Part shown: positions 48,579 to 59,115 of the stretch, piece by piece | How positions within the stretch are numbered: position 1 is the first letter of the stretch | Layout of the letters: each line of letters opens with the position of its first letter | Assembly: GCA_963663865.1 (NCBI GenBank) | Contig: OY760686.1 | Span: 1,888,001-1,952,000 of the forward strand | Reading direction: 5' to 3' | DNA from: Spirochaetota bacterium | Lineage (GTDB): Bacteria; Spirochaetota; UBA4802; UBA5550 | Length of the DNA stretch: 64,000 nucleotides | Notes under the pieces: model-generated | What the model was told of the DNA's origin: nothing | Database searches by the model: none | What the model saw: only the letters and a program-made list of their open reading frames with translations | Made by a program: the position numbers and the translations under genes

Positions 48579-51154
48579 TGGAAGCTACACTTACTCCAAT
48601 GATAAAGCAGTATCTCGATATAAAGAAGAGACATAAAGACGACATACTTTTCTTCAGAATGGGAGATTTTTACGAGATGTTCTTCGAGGACGCGGAAGTT
48701 GCCTCTGCCGCCCTTGATATTGCGCTTACCTCGAGACAGAACAGCGTTCCAATGTGCGGTGTCCCCTATCACGCAGCGGAGAGCTATATCGCCAGGCTGA
48801 TTAAAGCCGGGTTCAGGGTCGCTATATGCGAACAGACTGAGTCTCAGCCATCAAGCGGCAGTATCGTAAAGCGCGAGGTCGTGCGTATAATAACTCCCGG
48901 AACGGTGCTTGAATCAAACCTGCTTCAGTCGGACGACAACAACTTTCTAGCCTCGGCAGTATTCAGCGGAGGAAATGCAGCCATGGCCTTCGTAGATATA
49001 TCTACGGGAGACTTTTACTTAACGGAGATTAAGTCTGAACAGGACGTTCTGCGCGGTGAGATCGCAAGGTTCAATCCGCGTGAAATAGTTTTAAAGAAGG
49101 ATTGTGCCGATATCCCCCCCTTTTTTAAAGAGTATATAAAACAGAAGGGCATTTCCGTTTATCAGGTTAATTCATGGACCTACGATCACGACTACATGGC
49201 AGACATTGTAACCGGCGTTTACGGAACCTGCGGAGTTAAGGGGCTGGGACTCAATACGGAAAACCTTCTTCTCGCATGCGGATCCATACTGTATTATATT
49301 CAAGAGACGCAGAGGCAGATGATAAGCCACCTGTCAAATCCTCAGATATCCTCTGCATCAGACAAGATGGTTCTTGACGACGCGACGATAATCAACCTTG
49401 AGCTTGTTGAAAACCAGCAGGATTATTCCAGGAACCGGACATTGTTTTCAGTTCTCAACCTCACAAAAACCGCCATGGGAAAGAGAATGCTTGAACGCAG
49501 CATCCTTGAACCGCTGCTCTCAAAAGACGAAATAGAGGAGAGGCTTAATTCGGTAGAATACTTAATGGCCAATTCCGACTTTATAAATGAGATAAGGGAT
49601 ATTCTTGCACGTATTGCTGACGTTGAAAGGCTTGTTTCAAGACTCAGCCTCATTAAAACAAACCCGAGAAACTTTATCGCGATAAACAATTCGCTAAAAG
49701 CGATAGCCGATGTGGACAGGCTAATACGCTCTCAGGGCGAATCTGCTTTGTCTGCTGTTATGGCTCCTATAACGGATTTAGGCCCACTGTGTTCGAGAAT
49801 CAATTCGGCAATTACTGATGAGCCTGCTGTTTCACCTGAAAACGGACGTGTCATTCGAGAGGGATTCCTTGAGGAACTCGACCGGCTATATTCAATTAAA
49901 CAAAACGGAAAACAGTGGATTATAGAATACCAGGAAGAAGAACGGAGACGCCTTCAAATAAGTACTCTCAAGATCAAGTATAACAGGGTTCTTGGTTACT
50001 ATATTGAGGTCAGTAAGGGGCAGACACAAAATGTTCCCTCAGAGTATCAAAGAAAACAGACACTTGTGTCCGCGGAGAGATATACCACCGAAAAGCTCAA
50101 GGAATTTGAGACGGACATTCTCAGCGCTGACGAGAAGATTGTCGGTATTGAAAAAAATGAAATTGAGAAGCTCAGAAACGATGTTCTTGAAAGGCAGAAG
50201 GATATCCAGCGCAATGCCAGATGGGCCGGGCGCGTTGATTTTCTGCAGTCCCTGGCATCGTCCGCTCTGCAAAACAGATTTGTCAGGCCTGTAATTGATG
50301 AGAACGGGACAATGGATATTCGTGACGGCCGTCATCCTGTGGTAGAAAAATACTACACAAAGGAACCCTTTGTACCGAACGACATTAACTTTGACTCTAA
50401 TGATAACATTATCAGGATAATTACCGGGCCTAACATGTCAGGTAAGTCTACCTATATCAGGATGTGCGCGATTATTCAGCTCATGGCTCAGACAGGCTCA
50501 TACGTTCCCGCTACTTCCGCGAGAATACCCGTTGTTGATAGAATATTCACCCGTATTGGTGCTTCAGACAATATATCGAGGGGCGAATCAACATTTCTTG
50601 TCGAGATGAATGAAACAGCGGCTATTCTCAACAACGCGACGAACAAGAGCCTTATCATTATGGATGAAGTCGGAAGAGGCACGAGCACATATGACGGATT
50701 GTCCATTGCCTGGGCTGTCGTAGAATACATCCTGAGGTATCTTAAGGCAAAGACAATGTTCGCGACCCATTATCATGAACTCGTTAAACTTGGATCAAAA
50801 AAGGGAATTGTAAATTACAATGTAATGGTAAATGAGAGAATCGACGGGGTTGATTTTTTACACAGAGTAATCCCGGGGTCGGCGGATAAGTCATACGGAA
50901 TACATGTCGCAAAGTTAGCGGGCATTCCCAGGCAGATCGTATCAAGGGCTAACGAGATACAGGAAAGGCTTGAGAATGGAGCAAAAACCTTTAATAACAG
51001 CACAGATGACAGCAATTCCCCTTCGGAACAGCTTCAAATATTCAACGCCGCAAATCATGTTGTGATTCAGGCTGTCAGGTCAATTGACACCGACAAGATA
51101 ACTCCTCTTGACGCACTGAACGAGCTTAACAGGCTTAAAAAACTAATTGACTAA
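48578..51154 (+). CDS. mutS: DNA mismatch repair protein MutS
   Basis: TPMIKQY, GDFYEMF, GPNMSGKST, STFLVEM, DEVGRGT and SYGIHVA. Confidence 0.99.
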   Translation: MEATLTPMIKQYLDIKKRHKDDILFFRMGDFYEMFFEDAEVASAALDIALTSRQNSVPMCGVPYHAAESYIARLIKAGFRVAICEQTESQPSSGSIVKREVVRIITPGTVLESNLLQSDDNNFLASAVFSGGNAAMAFVDISTGDFYLTEIKSEQDVLRGEIARFNPREIVLKKDCADIPPFFKEYIKQKGISVYQVNSWTYDHDYMADIVTGVYGTCGVKGLGLNTENLLLACGSILYYIQETQRQMISHLSNPQISSASDKMVLDDATIINLELVENQQDYSRNRTLFSVLNLTKTAMGKRMLERSILEPLLSKDEIEERLNSVEYLMANSDFINEIRDILARIADVERLVSRLSLIKTNPRNFIAINNSLKAIADVDRLIRSQGESALSAVMAPITDLGPLCSRINSAITDEPAVSPENGRVIREGFLEELDRLYSIKQNGKQWIIEYQEEERRRLQISTLKIKYNRVLGYYIEVSKGQTQNVPSEYQRKQTLVSAERYTTEKLKEFETDILSADEKIVGIEKNEIEKLRNDVLERQKDIQRNARWAGRVDFLQSLASSALQNRFVRPVIDENGTMDIRDGRHPVVEKYYTKEPFVPNDINFDSNDNIIRIITGPNMSGKSTYIRMCAIIQLMAQTGSYVPATSARIPVVDRIFTRIGASDNISRGESTFLVEMNETAAILNNATNKSLIIMDEVGRGTSTYDGLSIAWAVVEYILRYLKAKTMFATHYHELVKLGSKKGIVNYNVMVNERIDGVDFLHRVIPGSADKSYGIHVAKLAGIPRQIVSRANEIQERLENGAKTFNNSTDDSNSPSEQLQIFNAANHVVIQAVRSIDTDKITPLDALNELNRLKKLID

Positions 51155-51294
51155 TAAAACAGCGAACCTTAGTAATAAACTGTTCATGCTTTTTTCATGC
51201 AGGGTGATTCAGGGTCCTTAAAAATGTTCGATACCCGATGTAAATTTGCCGAATGAATTAAGGTACTGTATTCTTAAGCTATAACAGAGGGAAA

Positions 51295-52521
51295 ATGGCT
51301 GCCACTCAATTTACGATTGAAAACTACCCTGCAAATTCCTTCATTATTGTCGAAGGGAAAAAAAACTCCAACAACTTCTACATCATCAGGGCCGGACGAG
51401 TTAAGGTTTCCAAGGAGATCCAGGTTGTTGCTGAGGAGCCCTATTCTGTTCTTGGACCGGGTGATTTTTTCGGAGTTATTTCCTGTATGAGCGGTCATTC
51501 CAGAATTGAGACCGCTATCGCACTTGAAAACGTGTCGCTCATCTCGGTTGACAGGGAGCTTTTCGGACTTCTCATTCAGAAAAACCCTGCCGTTGCAATG
51601 AAGATTATCCGTTTCTTCAGCCGCAAGCTCAGAGATTTCGACCATGCCATTGCAAGCCTGACTTTCAAAGACTCTGTCAGCGAAGATCCCTCGCGTCTTT
51701 TCCAGATAGGCGAATACTATATGAAACAGAGAAGCTTCAAACACGCTGTTTATGCGTACCAGCGCTATCTGCAGTACTGCCCTTCCGGTGACAATGTCGA
51801 TGCCGCCATGAAACGGCTGCAGACGCTCAAAGCCCCTTACAAAGCAGCTGAAAGTTCAGACAACGCCCAGATGAACCGCGTCTACACAGACAACACCGTA
51901 ATATTCAGTGAATATGAGCCAGGATTTGAGCTTTTTATTATTCAGTCAGGGCGCGTTAAGATTACGAAAATTGTAAATGAGGAAGTGCTGCTTGCCGTTT
52001 TAAAACCCGGTGATATTTTCGGGGAAATGGCCATCCTTGACAATAAACCGAGAAGCGCGTCAGCCATTACTTTCGGCGATGTTAAATTGCTTGCAATCAA
52101 TAAGTCCAACTTTGAAAACATGGTACAGGAACAGCCTCAGCTGGCAACAAGGCTCATTCAGCTTCTCAGCGAAAGAATCTGGACAGCATACAGACAGCTC
52201 GAAAACCTGATGATTAAAGATGATATCGGCCGGGTCTATGACACCCTTCTGACACAGGTTGAAAAGCAGAAGATTAAAACTGATTCAAAAATGCAGCATA
52301 ATTTTGAATTCGGCGCAAGAGAGCTGATAAAGATGGTCGGACTTCCGCCGGAAAAGGGGGATATCCTCATGGTTCAGCTACTTGAGGATAAACATATAAA
52401 GCTTGAAGCCGGAAAACTAATATGTACGGATCTGCTTGAACTTGAAAAAACCGTTCATTTTTTCAAAAAGCAGGCCGCTCTGGAAAGAAAACGTGAAGCC
52501 GCGAAAAATAAAAGTTTTTAA
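51295..52521 (+). CDS. Crp/Fnr-like protein with two cNMP-binding domains separated by a TPR
   Basis: GDFFGV...SRIETA, a TPR segment (FQIGEYY...AYQRYL.YCP) and GDIFGEMAIL..KPRSAS. Confidence 0.85.
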   Translation: MAATQFTIENYPANSFIIVEGKKNSNNFYIIRAGRVKVSKEIQVVAEEPYSVLGPGDFFGVISCMSGHSRIETAIALENVSLISVDRELFGLLIQKNPAVAMKIIRFFSRKLRDFDHAIASLTFKDSVSEDPSRLFQIGEYYMKQRSFKHAVYAYQRYLQYCPSGDNVDAAMKRLQTLKAPYKAAESSDNAQMNRVYTDNTVIFSEYEPGFELFIIQSGRVKITKIVNEEVLLAVLKPGDIFGEMAILDNKPRSASAITFGDVKLLAINKSNFENMVQEQPQLATRLIQLLSERIWTAYRQLENLMIKDDIGRVYDTLLTQVEKQKIKTDSKMQHNFEFGARELIKMVGLPPEKGDILMVQLLEDKHIKLEAGKLICTDLLELEKTVHFFKKQAALERKREAAKNKSF

Positions 52522-54619
52522 AATCATTCTTATCTCCACAACAGCCCTCATAGCTGTTATCGCCTCATCAACGGCGGCCCTGATTTACTTTTTCCCTGAG
52601 GAAAAGGTACGCGATCTTGTGCAGGAAAAGGTTCGCGAGAGTATGGGGCTTAATGTCAGCTTCAGCAAGCTTTCATATTCCTTACGTGGCATAACACTTC
52701 AAAACATAAGCCTTATGCGAAGCAGCGAAGGCGAAGAAAAACCTCTGCTAACCGCCTCCGAAGCGTCGCTTGGCTACAGCCTGAAAAGCCTTTTGGATAA
52801 AGAACTGAAGATAAACTATGTCTTTATTAAGGACATGTTTTTGACGCTCACAATCGATTCCAGCGGTAAGACCAATCTTGACAGCATCACCGGGAATATC
52901 CCCCAAAAAAAAGGCGATGGGTCTGGCATTAAGGCGAGCATTGACAGCATCAAATTCGCTAATGCAACAGTGTCATTTGAGAGCTGCACTGGTGTGTTTG
53001 AGCCTCTTAACGGCGGATATAACTTTGACGCTGATGTTGAACCCCTTGGCGATGGAGTTTTTTCATTTAAAAGCAGCAGACTGACTCTTTCGGGAGGAAG
53101 AGGTACGCTTCAGCCGGAGATTAAGTTTACTATCGACGATAAGGGGTTTCTCATTGAGGGGGATTCTGCTCTCGACAGGTGCTCGCTTTTATGGGTTTAC
53201 AGATGGACCGGAAAGCCCAATCCCCAGCCCTACAATACAGTAACAGGCAATGTTGACTCGCTGAAAATACATTATGCTTTTGATTCAAGGGAGTTGAATA
53301 TCGAAGGGCATGCAAAGGCTGTGTCTACATTGACAAAAAGCAAGTCGCTGGTTTACGGGGACGGTTACGCAAAGGTTTTCCGGCGAATGAACGATTCTTA
53401 TATGACTCTATTTCTTTCAGATGTAAAGGGGAAAATAAACAACTCCTCTCTGTCTCTGAACAGACTGCTATACAAGGTTAGAAGCGGCCAAATTTCCTTT
53501 TCCGCTACGGATATCGACACCACCCTGCCGGACCTGAGAAACATTGTCGAAGTAATCCCCCCTGAGCTGAATGGCAGTGTTACCGGTAGAATGAATTATG
53601 ACAATCAGATGTTTTCTGGGAGTGTTTCTCTGAAAAATATAAGTTACGGTGATGTGGTCAGCGGTGTAACAACTGGTATTGATATAAACGAAAATATGTT
53701 TAAAAACGAAAACATAACGGCTAAAGTATTGGGATATCCGTGTAAGGTTTCAATAGCTTCAACCGACAGAGCTTTTAAAAGGGTCTTTGCAGATTTCAAA
53801 CTTGATCGCCTGGATATCAGGACAGCAGACGATACAAGTAAAAATACCGGAATAGCTGTCCCTAAAAAACCAGTCAACTTCACTTTCCCGATAAGAATTG
53901 CCGGAAATATTGTGGCGGGCAAGTTAAAGGTCGGAAATCTGGAGGCTTCAAACGCAGCGCTTAGCTATTCTGCGGAAGGCAAGGTCATAGCGATTGACAG
54001 ATTCAGCCTCAACATATTCGGCGGTACCTTTAAGGGGACAGGCAGCATCGTGTCAAAACAGGCTGCTCCTGAATTGTTTACGCATTTCTCGTTCAGCAAT
54101 GCAAAGATGCAGGACATTGCCTCATTCGACGAGAGCATTAAAAACCGTTTTTTTGGTATTGCTGCCGGAGAAGGAAGCCTTTCAGGCGAATTAAACAGCG
54201 ATATACTTAAAACCTTAAGCGGGAATGTTGAAATAAGCATTGATAACGGCAAGATAGTAAACACAGGTATTCAGAACGGCCTCGGAATATGGCTGACTGA
54301 GCTCAGATACAAGCTGCAGGATCTCGAATTCAACAAAATCTACGGGAATATCAACTTTGAGAAAACGGAGCTCAATATCAAGTCCTTTATATTCAATTCT
54401 GATGATATCAGGCTGAAGATAAACGGACCGATTGATCTTGATTTCATCACAAAGCAGTTGTACATCTCACTGGAATTTAACAGGCGTTTCATTCAGGACA
54501 TCCCTTCACCGGCTGTAAAGCTGGGCCTCGACCGTTACTATAAAAACGGCTGGTATATAATTCCGTTTACGGCCAGAGGCAGTATAACCGATGGCCGTAA
54601 TATAAAACGCGTCTATTGA
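52493..54619 (+). CDS. AsmA family protein
   Basis: N-terminal TM, long beta-rich body and AsmA-like C-terminus; probable GTG start at 52493. Confidence 0.75.
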   Translation: MKPRKIKVFKIILISTTALIAVIASSTAALIYFFPEEKVRDLVQEKVRESMGLNVSFSKLSYSLRGITLQNISLMRSSEGEEKPLLTASEASLGYSLKSLLDKELKINYVFIKDMFLTLTIDSSGKTNLDSITGNIPQKKGDGSGIKASIDSIKFANATVSFESCTGVFEPLNGGYNFDADVEPLGDGVFSFKSSRLTLSGGRGTLQPEIKFTIDDKGFLIEGDSALDRCSLLWVYRWTGKPNPQPYNTVTGNVDSLKIHYAFDSRELNIEGHAKAVSTLTKSKSLVYGDGYAKVFRRMNDSYMTLFLSDVKGKINNSSLSLNRLLYKVRSGQISFSATDIDTTLPDLRNIVEVIPPELNGSVTGRMNYDNQMFSGSVSLKNISYGDVVSGVTTGIDINENMFKNENITAKVLGYPCKVSIASTDRAFKRVFADFKLDRLDIRTADDTSKNTGIAVPKKPVNFTFPIRIAGNIVAGKLKVGNLEASNAALSYSAEGKVIAIDRFSLNIFGGTFKGTGSIVSKQAAPELFTHFSFSNAKMQDIASFDESIKNRFFGIAAGEGSLSGELNSDILKTLSGNVEISIDNGKIVNTGIQNGLGIWLTELRYKLQDLEFNKIYGNINFEKTELNIKSFIFNSDDIRLKINGPIDLDFITKQLYISLEFNRRFIQDIPSPAVKLGLDRYYKNGWYIIPFTARGSITDGRNIKRVY

Positions 54620-55144
54620 TTAATACTTGCTGTCAGCGTAATCAACCCAGCCTCCGGCCTTGACAAGATCCCTGTCAAAGTCAGATATGCTGAAGCTGAA
54701 CTTTTCCTCGCTGGCTTTGTTTTTAATTGTTATCAGGCTGTTTTCAAAGTCGGTTTTTATCTCAGCGTCAGTTCCAGCGTATTTTGCAAAGAGCCCGTCT
54801 ATGCTGTTTCTGTCTAATTCAACAGCCATCATTCCGCAGTTGTACATGTTCTGTCTGAAAATTCTGGCGAAATTTTCAGCGATAACAAGGTTGATTCCGT
54901 TAACCTCGAGAGCCCATGGAGCATGTTCACGTGATGATCCGCAACCAAAGTTCTCCCTGGTTATTATGACTCTGACATCCCCGAGGTCCGTTGAGGGATT
55001 AAAGCCTTCAAGCTTCAGGTCCTCAAGCAGATAGGGCTTAAGAGCGTCCTTGCTTATCTCTGTCAGGTATTTTGCGGGGATAATTTCATCAGTGTTGATA
55101 TCTGAACGGTCTAAGAAAAGTACCTTCCCATTAAATAATTTCAT
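54620..55144 (-). CDS. leuD: 3-isopropylmalate dehydratase small subunit
   Basis: INTDEIIPAKYL, NFGCGSSREHA and FARIF..N motifs. Confidence 0.9.
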   Translation of the reverse strand: MKLFNGKVLFLDRSDINTDEIIPAKYLTEISKDALKPYLLEDLKLEGFNPSTDLGDVRVIITRENFGCGSSREHAPWALEVNGINLVIAENFARIFRQNMYNCGMMAVELDRNSIDGLFAKYAGTDAEIKTDFENSLITIKNKASEEKFSFSISDFDRDLVKAGGWVDYADSKY

Positions 55145-55151
55145 TGCTTAC

Positions 55152-56438
55152 CTACCCTTCGAATAATTCTGAATTCTTTATTTTACCGGCAATTGCTGAA
55201 GCGGCTGCTGTGGCTGGACTCATGAGATAAACCATACCGCCTTTGCCCATCCTGCCGTTGAAATTCCTGTTGGTTGTTGCCCCCGCGGCCTCTCCGGAAG
55301 CAAGTACGCCATTGCTCATGCCGAGGCATGCTCCACATGTCGGATTTGTGACAACGAATCCTGCTTCCATAAATACCGCTATAATTCCTTCATCAAGCGC
55401 CTTTTTGAATATATCAGGGGTTGCCGGAGAAACTATGCCCCTCACCATGTCAGCGATCTTTTTCCCTTTAAGTATTGTTGCCGCGATTCTGAGATCTTCA
55501 ATCCTGCCATTTGTGCACGATCCAATATATATCTGGTCAAGGTGTGTCCCTTCCATCTCAGAGACTGGCTTAACATTGTCCGGCTTATAGCCGAAAGTTG
55601 TCATTGGCACAAGGTCTGAAACATCTATCTCGACCTTTTCGGAATATTCAGCATCCGCGTCAGAGACCCATCCGGTGAAATCAGCAAGGGCCTCGTCTTT
55701 TCCGGGGTATTCATCCTTAATAAAAGGCCAGAGGTAATCAACCGTCTTCATGTCAGGATAGCATATTCCGCTTGTTGCCCCGGCCTCAACAGCCATATTT
55801 GAAAGTGTCATACGCGACTCCATGGACATGTCATTAACTACCGGGCCGGTGAACTCAATGACTCTGTTTGTTGCTCCGTTTACGCCTATTTTCCCGATTA
55901 CGGCGAGAATCACATCTTTCGCGTAAACACCCTTTCTGAGTGAGCCTGTAATATTAACCTTCATTGTTTCCGGTGATTTAAACGCGCACACACCCTTAAG
56001 AATTCCAACTTCGAGGTCTGTTGTCCCGACTCCTGCGGCAAAGGCACCAAAGGCTCCATGAGTACATGTGTGGGAGTCTCCCATTATTATTGTGTAACCA
56101 GGCCGCGCGAATCCTTTTTCCGGGAATATCGCATGACATACTCCGTTTCTGCCAATATCGAAAAAGTCCTTTATGCCATGTCTCCTTGCCCAGTCTCTCA
56201 GAACCTTGCCCTGTTCAGCTGTCTTTGAGTCTTTTGCCGGCGTAACGTGGTCAATAACTGCTTTTATTTTTGCAGGATCAAAAACCCTGTCCTTGCCCCT
56301 TGCTATAAGATCGTTAATAGCTATCGGGGTTGTTATTTCGTGACAGAAAACAGCGTCAAGCTTCAGCACATTTATTCCGCCTGAAAGCGATTCAACCCTG
56401 TGTGCATCGAATATTTTTTGTGCGGTTGTTTTTCCCAT
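55152..56438 (-). CDS. leuC: 3-isopropylmalate dehydratase large subunit (short type)
   Basis: HEIT, IDH, DSHTCTHGAFG, GSCTNGR, CGACLG and TNRNF.GRMG. Confidence 0.9.
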   Translation of the reverse strand: MGKTTAQKIFDAHRVESLSGGINVLKLDAVFCHEITTPIAINDLIARGKDRVFDPAKIKAVIDHVTPAKDSKTAEQGKVLRDWARRHGIKDFFDIGRNGVCHAIFPEKGFARPGYTIIMGDSHTCTHGAFGAFAAGVGTTDLEVGILKGVCAFKSPETMKVNITGSLRKGVYAKDVILAVIGKIGVNGATNRVIEFTGPVVNDMSMESRMTLSNMAVEAGATSGICYPDMKTVDYLWPFIKDEYPGKDEALADFTGWVSDADAEYSEKVEIDVSDLVPMTTFGYKPDNVKPVSEMEGTHLDQIYIGSCTNGRIEDLRIAATILKGKKIADMVRGIVSPATPDIFKKALDEGIIAVFMEAGFVVTNPTCGACLGMSNGVLASGEAAGATTNRNFNGRMGKGGMVYLMSPATAAASAIAGKIKNSELFEG

Positions 56439-56655
56439 CTTGTACCTCTGTATGTTCTATAAAAATGATGAAAAGCAGCTTGATTTTGCATACTCGTAAT
56501 CACAGAACAATTCTTAAATAAAAGGATTTATCCTGCGAAAAACCGGTGATCAATTATGGTATTGAGGCAATACCGGTTCACTGTATTGATTATTAATTCA
56601 TTTTTCAGGCATGAAGTGTCAAGAATAATGCACTAACGATGTTCTTTTTTATCAA

Positions 56656-59115
56656 TTAAACATGCGCCGGGGCTTCTTTTTTACCGTCGCTGCTGACAGA
56701 CTTTGCCCTGATAACGACTTTGTCGTTCTTTACTGTTACGGTAACATCATCGCCGTCATGTACAGTGCCGCCTAATATGGAAAATGCAAGTTCATCTTCT
56801 ATCCTGTGGCGGATGAGCCTCTTAAGATTCCTTGCTCCATAGTCTTCACTAAAGCCATTTTCGAGGAGGTAACTCTTGAGAGCCTGTGAGAATTTCAGCC
56901 TTATACGACGGGGCATCATTCTTTCAGCAAGTTTTTCAAGCTGTATATTTATTATCTCTGCGACATCTTTTTTGATCAGTTTGTTAAACACAATAATATC
57001 ATCAATGCGGTTAATAAGCTCAGGGCTGAAAAAGCTTTTCATCTCTTCGAGATATTTTTCGCCTGCAGACGAATTGTCGGTTTCAGAATCAACAAACCCG
57101 GTCCTGGGAAGCCTGCGGATATTCCTGTTTCCGGCGTTTGATGTCATAATAATAACGGCATCAGCAAAGCTGACCTTTGTACCGCTGCTGTCAGTCAGAA
57201 CACCTTCATCAAAGACCTGTAGAAGAATGTTGTAGACGTCAGGATGCGCTTTTTCTACCTCATCAAGCAGAACCACCGAATATGGATTCCTGCGAATTTT
57301 TTCCGCAAGCTGCCCTCCGTCCTCATAACCGATATAGCCTGGCGGAGAGCCGATGAGCCTGGACACTGAATGCTTTTCCATGTACTCGGACATGTCAATG
57401 CGAATAAGGCTCCGGCGGTCCTGGAACAGGAACTCTGACAGCGCCTTTGCCAGTTCTGTTTTACCTACTCCGGTTGGCCCCAGGAAAAGAAAGGAAGCAA
57501 GAGGCTTTGTATTGTCGGAGAGTCCGGCTCTTGAATGTCTTATCGCTTTGGAAATGGAAGAAACAGCCTCATCCTGTCCTATAACGATTGACGAGAGATA
57601 CTTCTCCATTTCCAGCAGCCTGATGCTCTCTTCGTCCTTTATAGTATCAACCGGAATACCTGAAGATTCGGCGACAATGGAGGCAATATTGGAAGCGGTG
57701 ACGACAACCTCGTAGTCATTGATCCTTTCCTGCCAGTCGGAAAGCTTGGATTTCAGGAGCTCTCTATCGGCGATAATCTCGTCTCTCACGGCGGCAGCCT
57801 CTTCGTACTCCTGAGACATGACAAGGGCGTTCTTTCTTGAGTTAAGAATTTCAATTCTTTTTTCAAGAGCTGTTATATCAGCCGGCTTTTCATGACTGCG
57901 GAGCTTGGCTGTCGCACCCGCTTCATCTATGAGGTCTATAGCTTTATCCGGAAGATACCTGTCCTTTATGTACCTCTCAGACAGCACCACTGCTTCGCGT
58001 ATGGCTGATTCGTCGTATCGGACGCAGTGATGTATTTCGTAATGCCTTTTAAGGCCCCTGAGAATTTCACAGGTTTCTTCCCGGCCGGGCTCATTTATCA
58101 TAACTGGCTGAAATCTTCTTACAAGTGCGGGATCCTTTTCAAGGTGCTGCCTGTACTCTTTCAGCGTTGTTGCCCCAATACACTGCAGGTCGCCGCGAGC
58201 GAGAGCAGGCTTGAGGATGTTGGCGGCGTCAATTGCGCCCTCGGCTGCCCCGGCTCCGATTATGGTGTGAATCTCGTCTATAAAGATTATCAGGTCTTTT
58301 TCCTGCCGTATGGCCTCAACAATCCGTTTCAGCCTGTCTTCAAACTCTCCACGGTATTTGGTTCCGGCAACTATGGCTGGCAGGTCAAGGGCAAGGACAC
58401 GGCATGAGAACATTGAGGCTGGCACTGTCTTCATTACTATTTTTTGAGCAAGGCCCTCTGCAAGAGCAGTTTTACCTACGCCGGCTTCACCGATTAAAAT
58501 TGGATTGTTTTTCTTCTTCCGCGAAAGAATCCTGATTATTCTATCAATCTCGGAATCCCGTCCAATGACCGGGTCAAGCATGTTTTCCGACGCCATTTTT
58601 GTCAGGTCAGTAGAAAACTCATCAAGCTGAGATTTTTTTGACTGGTTGTCTGTGGATGATGACTTTTCTATAGGCACTTTTACTCCCAAAACTCTCAGTA
58701 TTTCCGCCTGCACTACGCTGTAATCAATCCCTTCGCTGAATAGAGACTCAAGTCCCTTTGTGGTACCGTCCCGAAAAATTGCGAGCAGAATATGTTCAGT
58801 TCCAATGTATGAGTTTTTCAGGTTCTTGGCCTCCTCTCTGGATATCTCGATAATTCGCCTGTATCTGAAACTTACCGGTATCCTTTCGGAAAGTGAAGAT
58901 CCTGTTTCTTTTTCAAGACATGAGCTTATGTCCCGTTCCAGCGAAATGAAATCAATGCCGATATTTCTCAGAATTCTCGCCGCGACAGAGTCCTCATCGT
59001 GAAGAAGGGCTATAAGAATATGTTCCGGCTCAAGTACGCTGGAATTAAGACGCCTCCCCTCGACCTGAGACATCTCCTCAAGAACCCTTTTTGAACGCCT
59101 TGTAAACTCAAACAT
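56656..59115 (-). CDS. clpC: ATP-dependent Clp protease ATP-binding subunit ClpC
   Basis: Double Clp-N repeat, [12 protein letters not shown]-domain, GPTGVGKT and GYIGY. Start ATG 59115 overlaps the mcsB stop. Confidence 0.95.
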   Translation of the reverse strand: MFEFTRRSKRVLEEMSQVEGRRLNSSVLEPEHILIALLHDEDSVAARILRNIGIDFISLERDISSCLEKETGSSLSERIPVSFRYRRIIEISREEAKNLKNSYIGTEHILLAIFRDGTTKGLESLFSEGIDYSVVQAEILRVLGVKVPIEKSSSTDNQSKKSQLDEFSTDLTKMASENMLDPVIGRDSEIDRIIRILSRKKKNNPILIGEAGVGKTALAEGLAQKIVMKTVPASMFSCRVLALDLPAIVAGTKYRGEFEDRLKRIVEAIRQEKDLIIFIDEIHTIIGAGAAEGAIDAANILKPALARGDLQCIGATTLKEYRQHLEKDPALVRRFQPVMINEPGREETCEILRGLKRHYEIHHCVRYDESAIREAVVLSERYIKDRYLPDKAIDLIDEAGATAKLRSHEKPADITALEKRIEILNSRKNALVMSQEYEEAAAVRDEIIADRELLKSKLSDWQERINDYEVVVTASNIASIVAESSGIPVDTIKDEESIRLLEMEKYLSSIVIGQDEAVSSISKAIRHSRAGLSDNTKPLASFLFLGPTGVGKTELAKALSEFLFQDRRSLIRIDMSEYMEKHSVSRLIGSPPGYIGYEDGGQLAEKIRRNPYSVVLLDEVEKAHPDVYNILLQVFDEGVLTDSSGTKVSFADAVIIMTSNAGNRNIRRLPRTGFVDSETDNSSAGEKYLEEMKSFFSPELINRIDDIIVFNKLIKKDVAEIINIQLEKLAERMMPRRIRLKFSQALKSYLLENGFSEDYGARNLKRLIRHRIEDELAFSILGGTVHDGDDVTVTVKNDKVVIRAKSVSSDGKKEAPAHV

